From contig CAZORL010000006.1 in assembly GCA_964582375.1 (NCBI GenBank), positions 611 to 64,610 on the forward strand: 64,000 nucleotides of DNA, written 5' to 3'. This stretch comes from an uncultured Lachnospiraceae bacterium (lineage in GTDB: Bacteria; Bacillota; Clostridia; Oscillospirales; CAG-272). A model generated the notes under the pieces. It did no database searches. It had not been told where the DNA came from and saw only the letters and a program-made list of their open reading frames with translations. A program made the position numbers and the translations under genes. Position 1 is the stretch's first letter; each line of letters starts with the position of its first letter. Below are positions 29,686-39,089 of this stretch, piece after piece.

Positions 29686-31116
29686 ATGACAAAAATGTTT
29701 TTGATCGCCGCAACAAACACAGGGACGATCGGCACGGTAGCGATAGTTGCCGCGTGTGTTGTCGTACTGCTCTTTTTGCTCGGCTATGTAAAGGCACCCC
29801 CGGATACGGCGTACATAATCTCGGGTCTGCGCAAGAAAAAGCGCATACTGATCGGTCGTGCCGGATGGAGGATACCCTTCTTTGAGAGAATAGATAAACT
29901 CTCACTTCGCGTTATGCAGGTCGATGTTAAGACATCCGAGGCAGTACCGACAAACGAGTTTATCAACGTCATGGTCGATGGTGTTGCGAATATTAAGATC
30001 TCGTCCAACCCCGAGCTTCTCGGCAGAGCGTCCGAGGCACTTCTCGGAATGCGTCAGGATGAGCTTGTAAGGCTCGTGACACAGGTGCTTGAGGGTAACA
30101 TGCGTGAGATCGTCGGTTCGGTCGGACTTAAGGAGATGGTGCAGGACCGTCAGGGTGTTGCCAAAAAGATCACCGAAAACGTCGTCCCCGATATGGAAAA
30201 ACTCGGTATTGAGGTCGTAAACTTCAATATTCAGAACTTTAAGGATAACGCGGGCACGATCGAGAATATGGGTATCGATAATGTCGAGCAGATCCGCAAG
30301 ACCGCTGCTATCGCAAAGGCAAACGCACAGCGCGATATAGCTATCGCCGAGGCAGAGGCAAAGCAGGAGTCGAACGCCGTCAAGGTCGATACCGAAAAAG
30401 CGATCGCCGAGCAGGATGCCGCACTTTCCATCCAGCAGTCTGATATGAAACGCCGTGCCGATACCAAACGCGCCGAGGCAGACGCCGCTTACGATATCCA
30501 AAAGCAGGAGCAGAGAAAGACCATCGAGGTCACATCTGCCGATGCCGATATCGCAAGACGCCAAAAAGAGGCTGAGCTTGCCGAAAAGGAGATCCTCCTT
30601 CAGGAGAAGAAGCTTGATGCCGAGATCCGTAAAAAAGCCGATGCCTTGAAATATGAGGCTGAAAAGAAGGCGGAGGCAGATCTTGTCCGCCGTCAGAAGG
30701 ACGCCGAGGCGGCACGCTACGAGGCAGAGCAGAAGGCACTTGCTCTGAAGGCAGAGGCAGAGGCTCAAAAATATGCCATGGAGCAGGAGGCGGAGGGTAT
30801 CCGTGCCAAGGGTCTTGCCGAGGCAGAGGCGATCGAGAAAAAGGCACTCGCACAGAAAAAGATGGGCGAGGCGTCGGTTCTCGAAATGGTGCTTGACGTC
30901 CTTCCCGAAATGGCGCACAATATCGCCGAGCCTCTTGCCAATGTTGACAGCATTACGATGTACGGCAGCGATAACACCACAAAGCTGATGAAAGAGGTCA
31001 CAAATTCCTCCGATCAGATCTTCAACGCAGTAAAGAGCGCAACAGGTCTCGATATCGCCGAGCTTATTTCGGCATATATGAAAAAGGGAAATACCCCCGA
31101 GGACAGCGCAGAATAA
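29686..31116 (+). CDS. Flotillin-like SPFH-domain protein
   Basis: N-terminal membrane hairpin. SPFH/band-7 region. Long A/E/K-rich coiled-coil (AEAEAKQE..., KKAEADLVRRQKDAEAARYEAEQKA). Confidence 0.8.
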   Translation: MTKMFLIAATNTGTIGTVAIVAACVVVLLFLLGYVKAPPDTAYIISGLRKKKRILIGRAGWRIPFFERIDKLSLRVMQVDVKTSEAVPTNEFINVMVDGVANIKISSNPELLGRASEALLGMRQDELVRLVTQVLEGNMREIVGSVGLKEMVQDRQGVAKKITENVVPDMEKLGIEVVNFNIQNFKDNAGTIENMGIDNVEQIRKTAAIAKANAQRDIAIAEAEAKQESNAVKVDTEKAIAEQDAALSIQQSDMKRRADTKRAEADAAYDIQKQEQRKTIEVTSADADIARRQKEAELAEKEILLQEKKLDAEIRKKADALKYEAEKKAEADLVRRQKDAEAARYEAEQKALALKAEAEAQKYAMEQEAEGIRAKGLAEAEAIEKKALAQKKMGEASVLEMVLDVLPEMAHNIAEPLANVDSITMYGSDNTTKLMKEVTNSSDQIFNAVKSATGLDIAELISAYMKKGNTPEDSAE

Positions 31117-31121
31117 AAAAC

Positions 31122-31165
31122 ATGGCTGTCTCAAATGCTTTTACACATTTGAGACAGCCATTCTT
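31122..31165. terminator. Bidirectional terminator (flotillin gene / antiporter gene)
   Basis: Perfect 16-bp stem atggctgtctcaaatg / catttgagacagccat. A6 upstream gives a U-run for the minus-strand transcript. Confidence 0.8.
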
Positions 31166-31198
31166 ATAGGTAAATAGTAAGAGGCTTGAAACTTTTTA

Positions 31199-32494
31199 TC
31201 AGCCCTGTCTTGACTGATTTATGACCTTTGCCGATTTTCTTTCTTCGGGGACGATCTCGCCCGCTTTCATTAGTGCCATCTTTGTGAGCATCGGTCCGAT
31301 CAGCTCGTAAACGAGTACCGCAAAAAGGACTATGTTGCGGATAAGCGCACCTTCCGTGTTCCCGAGTTCCATCGCGGTGACCGTCATTCCGAGTGCGACA
31401 CCCGCTTGCGGAAGAAGGGTTATGCCGAGATATTTGACTATCGTGGGATCGCATCCGGTAGCCTTTGAGCTTATTGCCGCACCGACTATCTTGCCGGCCG
31501 AGCGGAAAAGGATGAACATTACGCCGATTCCGACAATGGCAAGCGATGAAAAGACGGACAGCTCAAGCTCCGCACCGCTGATAACAAAGAAGAGTGCAAA
31601 CAGTGGTGTTGTCCAACGATCGACACGCTCCATAAGCTCCTCGGACGATTCGCAGACATTGCAGAATATCGTGCCGAGCATCATGCAGGTGAGCAGAGAG
31701 GATGTGCCGATCGTTACCGGACCGATATCCACCTTGATCATGCAGAGTGCGACGGTAAGAATGACATATGTGACAGATACCGACAGACGCTTTGAACGCG
31801 AATGGAAGAATTTTTCGGTCTCGGAGAAGATAAGCCCCATCACCGTGCCGAGTAGGAGCGATACGACGATCTCGATAAGCGGATTTACGACGATCGAAAT
31901 AACATCGGTGTGTCCGCTGACCATTGCCTTTGAAATGCCGAACGATACGGCAAATACCACAAGTCCGACAGCATCGTCGAGAGCGACTATCGGGAGAAGA
32001 AGCTCGGTGAGCGGCCCCTTTGCCTTGTACTGACGAACGACCATGAGAGTCGCCGCGGGAGCGGTGGCGGTCGCTATCGCGCCAAGTGTGATGACCGCAC
32101 TCATCGGCAGGACATCCTCGCCGAGTATCAGTGAGAGAACGCCGAGTGCAAGGTCAACAAAAATCGTGGCAACAAGTGCCTGAACTATGCCGATGATCGT
32201 TGCTTGCTTGCCCGTCTTTTTCAGAGACGAAAGCCTGAACTCGTTGCCGATCGAGAAGGCGATGAAGCCGAGTGCGACATTCGAGATCACCTCAAAATGA
32301 CCGACATAGTCCATTGACGTGAATCCGAGTCCTTCGATCCCGAGCATGATGCCGAGGCGTCCGAGACAGTACGGACCGATGAGAATGCCTGCAACAAGAT
32401 AGCCGGTTACGGCGGGAAGTCCGAACGGCTTGATGACACGCGTCATCATCAGACCGACGAAGAGCGCGATCGATATGCTTAACAATATATCCAT
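31199..32494 (-). CDS. Cation:proton antiporter (CPA2 / Kef-type Na+/H+ exchanger family)
   Basis: Start trimmed to MDILLSISIALFVGLMMTR. About 12 TM helices. Motifs typical of Na_H_Exchanger proteins (GYLVAGILIGP, ALGFIAFSIGNEF). Confidence 0.8.
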   Translation of the reverse strand: MDILLSISIALFVGLMMTRVIKPFGLPAVTGYLVAGILIGPYCLGRLGIMLGIEGLGFTSMDYVGHFEVISNVALGFIAFSIGNEFRLSSLKKTGKQATIIGIVQALVATIFVDLALGVLSLILGEDVLPMSAVITLGAIATATAPAATLMVVRQYKAKGPLTELLLPIVALDDAVGLVVFAVSFGISKAMVSGHTDVISIVVNPLIEIVVSLLLGTVMGLIFSETEKFFHSRSKRLSVSVTYVILTVALCMIKVDIGPVTIGTSSLLTCMMLGTIFCNVCESSEELMERVDRWTTPLFALFFVISGAELELSVFSSLAIVGIGVMFILFRSAGKIVGAAISSKATGCDPTIVKYLGITLLPQAGVALGMTVTAMELGNTEGALIRNIVLFAVLVYELIGPMLTKMALMKAGEIVPEERKSAKVINQSRQG

Positions 32495-32711
32495 TGTGAA
32501 TATCACTGACCTTTCAAATAAATGCTGGTGTGCGTAAGTTATCCGCACACCTGCATATCATAGCACTTTTATTTGCTTTTGTCAAGGCTTTTGTGAGTAA
32601 AAATTCACAATTTCGGCATTTTTGATCAAACAGTCGATCTTTTTCGCTCTGAAGAGGTGTTTGATGTAGTTCCTTTGCCGTATGGCAGAGCATTATCAGA
32701 TCTTAACGATC

Positions 32712-33437
32712 TCACATCTTCGGATCAAAAGAAGGCATGAGCTCGAGCTTGAATTTGTTCATGGCGTGCAGACGGTCGATACGCTCTTTCTTTGCCGCAT
32801 CGTCCATGACACCCTCGCGGATGTATCTGTCAAGCTCCGCATAGGTAAAGCCGAGATTTTCCTCGTCTGTCTTTCCGCAAAGACCATCGATCGGTACTTT
32901 GTCAACAAGCACATCGGGCAGACCGAGTACTCTGCCTATCTCCTTGACCTCTTTTACCGTTAGATGAGACAACGGACTGAAATCGCCTGCCGCATCGCCG
33001 TATCTGGTCGAATAGCCGACATAGTCCTCGCTTAAATTGCAGGTGTTTGCCACACGACCGTTGCAGCTTTGTGATATCGCATAGACCGCTGCCATGCGGA
33101 CACGCGGCGGCATGTTCGTTTTGCTCTGAGTTGTCAGCTCAATGGGCATCGCGGCTTGCAGAGCATCTATCGTGTCCTTTATGTTTACAACGTAATGCTT
33201 TATACCGAGATGGTTTACAAGCATGTACGCCATGTCGATGTCCGCCTGCTCGCCGCAGGGCATCAGAACTCCGATGACTCGCTCCTTGCCGAGAGCCTCA
33301 ACACAGAGAGCCGCCACGACCGAGCTGTCTTTGCCGCCCGATATGCCGAGCACAGCGTTGCATCCGCGTCCGTTTTCATCGAAGAATTTTCTTATCCACT
33401 TAACGCATTCGTTTTTGATCTTTAAGGCGTCAAACAT
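32712..33437 (-). CDS. nadE: Ammonia-dependent NAD+ synthetase
   Basis: PP-loop GISGGKDSSVVA. About 241 aa. Confidence 0.85.
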   Translation of the reverse strand: MFDALKIKNECVKWIRKFFDENGRGCNAVLGISGGKDSSVVAALCVEALGKERVIGVLMPCGEQADIDMAYMLVNHLGIKHYVVNIKDTIDALQAAMPIELTTQSKTNMPPRVRMAAVYAISQSCNGRVANTCNLSEDYVGYSTRYGDAAGDFSPLSHLTVKEVKEIGRVLGLPDVLVDKVPIDGLCGKTDEENLGFTYAELDRYIREGVMDDAAKKERIDRLHAMNKFKLELMPSFDPKM

Positions 33438-33480
33438 AGTAACACCGTCCTTTGTGATTTTATAAGCCTATTATAACACA

Positions 33481-33519
33481 TTCACCGCGCAATTTCAATA
33501 GTGCGCGGTGAATTTTTTT
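33481..33519. terminator. Hairpin between the EamA gene and nadE
   Basis: 11-bp stem ttcaccgcgca / tgcgcggtgaa. The T7 run is on the plus strand although the flanking genes are on the minus strand. Confidence 0.5.
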
Positions 33520-33524
33520 AGAAA

Positions 33525-34385
33525 TCAAAAGATCAAAACAAGCGTCGCGGCAAATGATATTCCGACGGCGATCAGCGAACGAGGCGTCGGCTTTTCTTTC
33601 GAGAAGAGCGATATTATCGCCGAAACGACGATAGTTCCGCCCGTGACCAGTGGATATTGCACCGATGTTTCAATATGCCCCAGAGCGATCAGCAAGAACA
33701 GATTGCCGAGTCCGCTTATCAGACCGTACGCCGCCGCCCCCGAGATCGAGGGAAGCGGACGCTTGAGAGATGGCTTTTGACCTCGCACAACGAATATGAT
33801 GCAAAGCATGATACCGCTGAGCAGAGCTGCTGATGCCGATGAGAGTATCATGTATCCTTCGCTCGAGACATGCTCCGCGCCACTTTGATGTATTTTCGAG
33901 ATGATGCCCGACATGCCGTTGAAGATGAATACTGCGGCATAATACTTTATTGCCGATCTGTCACTCTTTCCTCTCGGCGATCCGATAAAGAGCGCGAGAG
34001 CTATAAGAATACAACAGATGAGCTTTACAGGGGTGAATTTCTCGTTCCAAAATACGATTCCTCCGATGAAGGGAAGTACCATTCCTCCGAGCATCGCAAA
34101 GATCGAAAAGGTCGAGAGATCCGCCTTCCCGAGCGCATTTACCGCACTGTAGGAGTAGAGCAGATTGTTTATCGCGCAAATAAATGCGACGGCAAGGGAA
34201 AAGAGCGAAAATTCAAAGTGAAATTTGTTCAGGCAGAACATTACGACAGCACATGCGACCGAATTCAGAAATGTGAACATCATCGCGGCAGACAGACCGC
34301 TTCCTTCACCTTTTTGATATAACTTGTTGAAGAAAAACTGCAGACCGAAGAGCACTGTCGCTGCCATAATAAGAGCGTAATACAA
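33525..34385 (-). CDS. EamA/DMT-superfamily transporter
   Basis: 10-TM layout, 286 aa. TTG start with ggaaaagg upstream. ATG 34367 is an alternative start. Confidence 0.65.
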   Translation of the reverse strand: MYYALIMAATVLFGLQFFFNKLYQKGEGSGLSAAMMFTFLNSVACAVVMFCLNKFHFEFSLFSLAVAFICAINNLLYSYSAVNALGKADLSTFSIFAMLGGMVLPFIGGIVFWNEKFTPVKLICCILIALALFIGSPRGKSDRSAIKYYAAVFIFNGMSGIISKIHQSGAEHVSSEGYMILSSASAALLSGIMLCIIFVVRGQKPSLKRPLPSISGAAAYGLISGLGNLFLLIALGHIETSVQYPLVTGGTIVVSAIISLFSKEKPTPRSLIAVGISFAATLVLIF

Positions 34386-34424
34386 TTGTTTGACCTTTTC
34401 CTGAAGATAAGACCGAGAACAGTC

Positions 34425-35666
34425 TTATCTTCCGAAATCCTTTCTCATTCGTTCGTATACCGCCTCGGGGATGTCGGGATTGCCGAACTTGTTGCAGGGC
34501 AGGAGCTGATCACCTGCCACCTTCGGGTCGGTACAACGGCGATCGTTTCTGTATTTGTCTCTGTTTTCCTTGAGACGCAGATCGGGTATCTCCTTTTCGA
34601 CACCGCCGTCGAGTATTGAAAAATAGGCAAAAAGCCCGGGCAGGTACATGTCCATTGCCTCGTAAATGTCGATTATATCGGCGTCGGGATTGTCACGAAT
34701 ATGCTCGATAGCATTGTACATGGCGTAAAAATCACTGCCTCCGTGACCAGCACTGCCTGCCTGCTCGCTAAGTTCATCCTTCGGGAAATAGTCGCGACGC
34801 TCGCTGTTTTCGGGTGAAAAATCGGCAATGCGCTTGTCAAGATCGGTGTAAATGTGATCGACACCGCCGCCTCCCGTGATCTCTCTGGCACTCTCGGCGT
34901 GTCCCTTTGTGCCGTAGACCGAGTACCAACAGCTGTTCTTGGCAAGCTGTCTGTGCGTGCTTCTCATGATCGCGCCGTTCTCCATTGTCAGCATCTCGAT
35001 GCCGAGCGAGCCTGACATGCAACCCTCGCGTGCCGAACGTTCGTTGAAGGGAAGTTCAAGCCCGTTGACCTTTATCGGACGCATGCCCGTGATATGTACC
35101 AGCGGTCCTATCGAGTGCGTGCAGTAAAATGTCGAGAACATGTGATTGCGCCAGTGATCACGCTCACCGTAGGTGATAGACGGCCAGATCGACTCGCAGT
35201 TGTGGATGTAATCCGCCTCGGCGTATTCAAGCTCGCCGAGTGCACCCGAGCGAAAGAGCTTCTTCATTTCGCGCGGTGCGCTCATGTAACAGTAGTTTTC
35301 AAGATAGCAATATTTCAGCCCGGTGCGCTCGACCGTCTCAATAAGCTCGACCGCCTCCGCAAGGCAGTGCGCGGGGAGTACCTCCGAGAAAACATGCTTA
35401 CCCGCGTTCAGTGCTTTGATTGCGAACGGTGCATGCTCGGTGGCGTAGTTGGCAAGAATTACGACATCCATGTCGTGACCCAAAAACTCGTCGAAGGACG
35501 TGTAATAAGCTATTGAGTCACCGTAGGTCTTTTTCATATCCTCAAGTCCCGGCTCCCACATGTCACAGATGGCGACAAGTTCTGCGTGATCGTGGTGAGC
35601 GCAGTAATCTATCATGACATTTCCTCGGCCTATGCCGATTACGCCGACTTTAACTTTGTTTTGCAT
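34425..35666 (-). CDS. Gfo/Idh/MocA-family oxidoreductase (paralogue A)
   Basis: N-terminal Rossmann VKVGVIGIGRGNVM. Roughly two-thirds of positions are identical by eye to the neighbouring ORF. Confidence 0.8.
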   Translation of the reverse strand: MQNKVKVGVIGIGRGNVMIDYCAHHDHAELVAICDMWEPGLEDMKKTYGDSIAYYTSFDEFLGHDMDVVILANYATEHAPFAIKALNAGKHVFSEVLPAHCLAEAVELIETVERTGLKYCYLENYCYMSAPREMKKLFRSGALGELEYAEADYIHNCESIWPSITYGERDHWRNHMFSTFYCTHSIGPLVHITGMRPIKVNGLELPFNERSAREGCMSGSLGIEMLTMENGAIMRSTHRQLAKNSCWYSVYGTKGHAESAREITGGGGVDHIYTDLDKRIADFSPENSERRDYFPKDELSEQAGSAGHGGSDFYAMYNAIEHIRDNPDADIIDIYEAMDMYLPGLFAYFSILDGGVEKEIPDLRLKENRDKYRNDRRCTDPKVAGDQLLPCNKFGNPDIPEAVYERMRKDFGR

Positions 35667-35695
35667 AAATAATCTTCCTTTCTTGTTTAACGAAC

Positions 35696-36943
35696 TTATC
35701 TATTGTCCCATATTCCCTTGATCTTTTCGTAGATCTCGTCGGGAATCTCGGGTGTGCCCTGTGCGTTTGCGGGCAGAAGCTGATCGCCTGCGACCTTCGG
35801 GTCGGAGCATCTGCGATCATTTCTGTAAAGCTCGCGAACCGATTTGTCGCGCATGTCCGGGATGTCAAGCTGTTTGTTGCCCTCAAGGATCGACAAATAG
35901 CCGAAAAGTCCGGGCAGGAACATGTCCATCGCCTCGTAAACGTCGATTATATCGGCGTCGGGATTGCCGCGAAGGTGTTCGATCGCATTGTACATTGAGT
36001 AAAAATCGCTTCCGCCGTGTCCGAACTCTGCCGCAAGCTCCGAATGCTCGTCTGTCGGGCAGTAGTTCTCGAATATTTCGCCCTCTTTGGAGTAATCGCC
36101 CGCCTCTTTGGTGGCGTTGACATAAATACGGGAAATGTCTCCTTGGAACGCATCCTCACGCGCAGTCTCCATACGTCCCTTGCTTCCGTAAACTGTGTAC
36201 CAGATCGAGTTCTTGTAAAGATCTCCGTGTATGCTCTTGAAGATCGCACCGCCCTCGAGCGTCATGATCTCAAGTCCGAACAGTCCCGACAGCGAGCCCA
36301 TTCGCGCATTCAGCTCACCAAACGGATGCTCAAAGCCTATGACCTTGATCGGACGCTTGCCCGTGATGTGTACCAGCGGTCCTATCGAGTGGGTACAATA
36401 ATAGGTCGAATACATGAGATTTCTCCAGTGATCACGCTCACCGTAGGTGATGAACGGCCAGATCGGCTCGCAGTTGTGGACATATTCGCCCTCTGCGTAT
36501 TCGATCTCACCGATCTTGCCCTCACGATAGAGCCGTCTCATCTCGCGCGGACCGGGCATGTAGCAGTAATTTTCAAGATAGCAGTATTTTCTTCCCGTCT
36601 GCTCGACCGTCTCAACAAGCTCGACAGCCTCTGCCATGGTCTGTACGGGCAAAACCTCGGATATGACATCCTTGCCAGCCTTCATTGCTTTGACTGCAAA
36701 CGGTGCGTGCTCGTTTGCGTAGTTTGCGAGTACGACAACATCCATGTCGTGAGTCAGAAATTCATCGTAGGAGGTGTAATATGTCACATGATCTCCGTGA
36801 CGCTCCTTGGATTTTTCAAGCCCTTCCGCCCATTTGTCGCAGATGGCGACAAGCTCGGCGTTGTCTGCCTTTTCACAGTAGCGTATCATCATGTCGCCGC
36901 GGCGGACACCGATGACGCCTACCTTTATCTTTCTGTTTTCCAT
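35696..36943 (-). CDS. Gfo/Idh/MocA-family oxidoreductase (paralogue B)
   Basis: IKVGVIGVRRGDMM. Shares long identical blocks with paralogue A (YCYLENYCYM, ITYGERDHWRN, YCTHSIGPLVHITG, GHGGSDFY, YRNDRRC.DPKVAGDQLLP). Confidence 0.8.
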   Translation of the reverse strand: MENRKIKVGVIGVRRGDMMIRYCEKADNAELVAICDKWAEGLEKSKERHGDHVTYYTSYDEFLTHDMDVVVLANYANEHAPFAVKAMKAGKDVISEVLPVQTMAEAVELVETVEQTGRKYCYLENYCYMPGPREMRRLYREGKIGEIEYAEGEYVHNCEPIWPFITYGERDHWRNLMYSTYYCTHSIGPLVHITGKRPIKVIGFEHPFGELNARMGSLSGLFGLEIMTLEGGAIFKSIHGDLYKNSIWYTVYGSKGRMETAREDAFQGDISRIYVNATKEAGDYSKEGEIFENYCPTDEHSELAAEFGHGGSDFYSMYNAIEHLRGNPDADIIDVYEAMDMFLPGLFGYLSILEGNKQLDIPDMRDKSVRELYRNDRRCSDPKVAGDQLLPANAQGTPEIPDEIYEKIKGIWDNR

Positions 36944-37070
36944 TAGACCTGTCTCCTTTTCGTTGTATTGATTGCATCCGTCGATGCTTTGCTGTAAAGA
37001 TTATAACCCATATGTCAATAAAAGTAAATGGATTTTTTCTATCTCTATAAGGAAAAATTCCACCTTTTTG

Positions 37071-37099
37071 TTGACAAATTGAAAAAAATGCTGTATAAT
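37071..37099 (+). promoter_or_regulatory. Sigma-A consensus promoter of the AraC-family gene
   Basis: TTGACA (37071-37076), 17 nt, TATAAT (37094-37099). Confidence 0.7.
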
Positions 37100-37141
37100 A
37101 GCTCGTGAGAAGGACACAAGAGCGCACGGAGGGTCGTGATT

Positions 37142-37975
37142 ATGAAAAAAGAGCCGATGAATGTCTGCAAATTTGTTCCCACCAAAACCATAAGGAATGA
37201 GATAAATCTCATAAGCTTTGTTTACGAAAGACTTGCACTGACCACCGAAATGAAGATGACAGCGGTCTATTCGGCTGTTCTCGTCACATCGGGGAGCGGC
37301 ATTTTGCATACCGCACAAAAGGATTTCAAGCTCTGCCGCGGTGATATATTCTTTAAGCTCCCCGCAAGGCAGTATGCCATTGAGAATTGCGGTGATCTTA
37401 ACTATATCTACATTTCGTATGAGGGAACTCGCTCACGCGAACTGCTCGAACGGATGCATTTTGATGAAAAATCGCCCGTTTACCACGGATTTGATAAGCT
37501 TATCCCATTTTGGGAGGAGGCGGTCGAGACTGTCGCCGATTGTAACATCGATCTGCGGACCGAAAGCGTGCTCCTTTACACGGTATCATGCATATGTTTT
37601 CGCTTTTCGGGAGAGAGCGACGATCGCGACAGCCGCAGCGGCATGCTTTACATAAAACAGTATGTCGATGAGCATTTCACCGATTGTACGTTGACCCTTC
37701 AGTCGGTGAGCGATCTTTTTTCGTATAACTATAAATACGCATCAAAGGCGTTCGTTCGAATGACCGGTATGTATTTTCACGACTATATCAATGAAAAAAG
37801 GATGCTTAATGCCAAAAAGCTGATAGATAACGGCTTTATCAGCGTAAAAGAGGTTGCGCACATGTCGGGATTTTCGGATGCACTCTATTTCTCCAAGCTG
37901 TTCAAAAAAAGCAATGGCGTCCTGCCGAGCGAGTATATAAAAAGTCGGCAAGACGCCCCCGATATAAAAGCCTAA
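37142..37975 (+). CDS. AraC-family transcriptional regulator, divergent from the oxidoreductase pair
   Basis: ATG 37142 follows ggaggg. N-terminal cupin-like sensor. C-terminal HTH_18 (LQSVSDLFSYNYKYASKAFVRMTG...EVAHMSGFSDALYFSKLFKK). Confidence 0.8.
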   Translation: MKKEPMNVCKFVPTKTIRNEINLISFVYERLALTTEMKMTAVYSAVLVTSGSGILHTAQKDFKLCRGDIFFKLPARQYAIENCGDLNYIYISYEGTRSRELLERMHFDEKSPVYHGFDKLIPFWEEAVETVADCNIDLRTESVLLYTVSCICFRFSGESDDRDSRSGMLYIKQYVDEHFTDCTLTLQSVSDLFSYNYKYASKAFVRMTGMYFHDYINEKRMLNAKKLIDNGFISVKEVAHMSGFSDALYFSKLFKKSNGVLPSEYIKSRQDAPDIKA

Positions 37976-38041
37976 AGGCGAATATTTTTGAGTCTTTTGT
38001 CTCTGGACTTTTCGGCAAGAAAACGGTATGATATGTTTGAG

Positions 38042-38370
38042 ATGAAAAGAATCGGAGGGACGAATATGAGACTCGAAAAGGGGGATGTGGTAGTTTACGG
38101 CGTCAGTGGATCCCCGACAGTCGCCGTCGCACGGAGGTTTTCGGGAGAATAATCGACGGCGGCGATCGTGCGGATATAATCAGGCTGATCAGAGTCCTCT
38201 CGGCTCGCAAGCACGCTCTTGAAGTGACAGGCAAAAAACTCGGTACCGCCGACAAAAACATCCTTGAACAAGCCGAGAAGGTCGTCTTTGATGAGCTTGC
38301 TTTGGTGCTCGGTATCGATCATGACGAGGTAGAGGCGTTCATAATCGAGCATGCGGCGAAAAACAAGTAA
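38042..38370 (+). pseudogene. CarD/CdnL-family regulator remnant (N- and C-terminal pieces in different frames, middle missing)
   Basis: One frame gives MKRIGGTNMRLEKGDVVVYGVSG...* (stop at about 38150) and resembles the CarD Tudor-like start GD.VVY..HG. A second frame is open 38041-38370 with no ATG/GTG/TTG before codon ~62. It gives GDRADIIRLIRVLSARKHALEVTGKKLGTADKNILEQAEKVVFDELALVLGIDHDEVEAFI, which resembles the CarD C-terminal domain. Confidence 0.5.
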
Positions 38371-38409
38371 AAATATTGTCACATGAGGGGATAAAAAAGA
38401 AATAATTTA

Positions 38410-38438
38410 TTGACAACGGCGAAAGAATGTGGTATAAT
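38410..38438 (+). promoter_or_regulatory. Sigma-A consensus promoter of hpt
   Basis: TTGACA (38410-38415), 17 nt ending in TGg, TATAAT (38433-38438). Confidence 0.75.
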
Positions 38439-38477
38439 AGACCATAACAGCTCAACATGAACTGAAAGGAATCTATA

Positions 38478-39026
38478 ATGAGTAACATTCACCCTGACGT
38501 CGATTATGTTATGTACAGCGAGGACGATATAAAAGAGCGTATCAAGACGCTTGCCGCCGAGCTGAGATGCGAATATGCCGATAAAAATCCTGTTTTCGTC
38601 GCGATCTTAAAGGGAAGCGTTATGTTTTTTGCCGACCTTATGCGCGAGCTTGATTTTCCGCTCACTATGGATTTTATGTCCGTTTCTTCCTACGGCTCGG
38701 GGACGATCTCGCGCGAGCTTGTTTTCCGCAAGGATCTCGATTATCCGATCGAAGGCAAGAATATCGTGCTCGTGGAGGATATTATCGACACGGGCAATAC
38801 GCTCTATGTGCTCCGTAATAAGCTTCTCGAACGCCATCCCGCATCACTTAAGATCGCCGCACTTCTCGACAAAAAGGCTCGCCGCGTCGCAAATATCGAT
38901 GCCGATTATGTCGGATTTCCCTGCGAGGACGAATTTGTTGTCGGCTATGGGCTTGATTATGATGAAAAATACCGCGAGCTTCCCTATGTCGGCGTGCTCA
39001 AACGCTCAGTCTACGAAGGTTGCTGA
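38478..39026 (+). CDS. hpt: Hypoxanthine phosphoribosyltransferase
   Basis: PRPP-binding motif VLVEDIIDTGNTL. About 182 aa. C-terminal GYGLDY. Confidence 0.9.
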   Translation: MSNIHPDVDYVMYSEDDIKERIKTLAAELRCEYADKNPVFVAILKGSVMFFADLMRELDFPLTMDFMSVSSYGSGTISRELVFRKDLDYPIEGKNIVLVEDIIDTGNTLYVLRNKLLERHPASLKIAALLDKKARRVANIDADYVGFPCEDEFVVGYGLDYDEKYRELPYVGVLKRSVYEGC

Positions 39027-39041
39027 TCTTTGCTTTTTTGT

Positions 39042-39086
39042 AAAACATCGGACTCTGCAGATATCCGCAGAGTCCGATGTTTTGTG
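39042..39086. terminator. Bidirectional terminator between hpt and the cytidylate-kinase-like gene
   Basis: 15-bp stem aacatcggactctgc / gcagagtccgatgtt with T-rich flanks on both sides. Confidence 0.8.
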
Positions 39087-39089
39087 TTA

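Noticed and set aside
29686-31116. Flotillin gene lacking an adjacent NfeD partner as an anomaly.
   Set aside because: The absence of a neighbouring nfeD gene within this window is weak negative evidence, because the partner may be encoded elsewhere.
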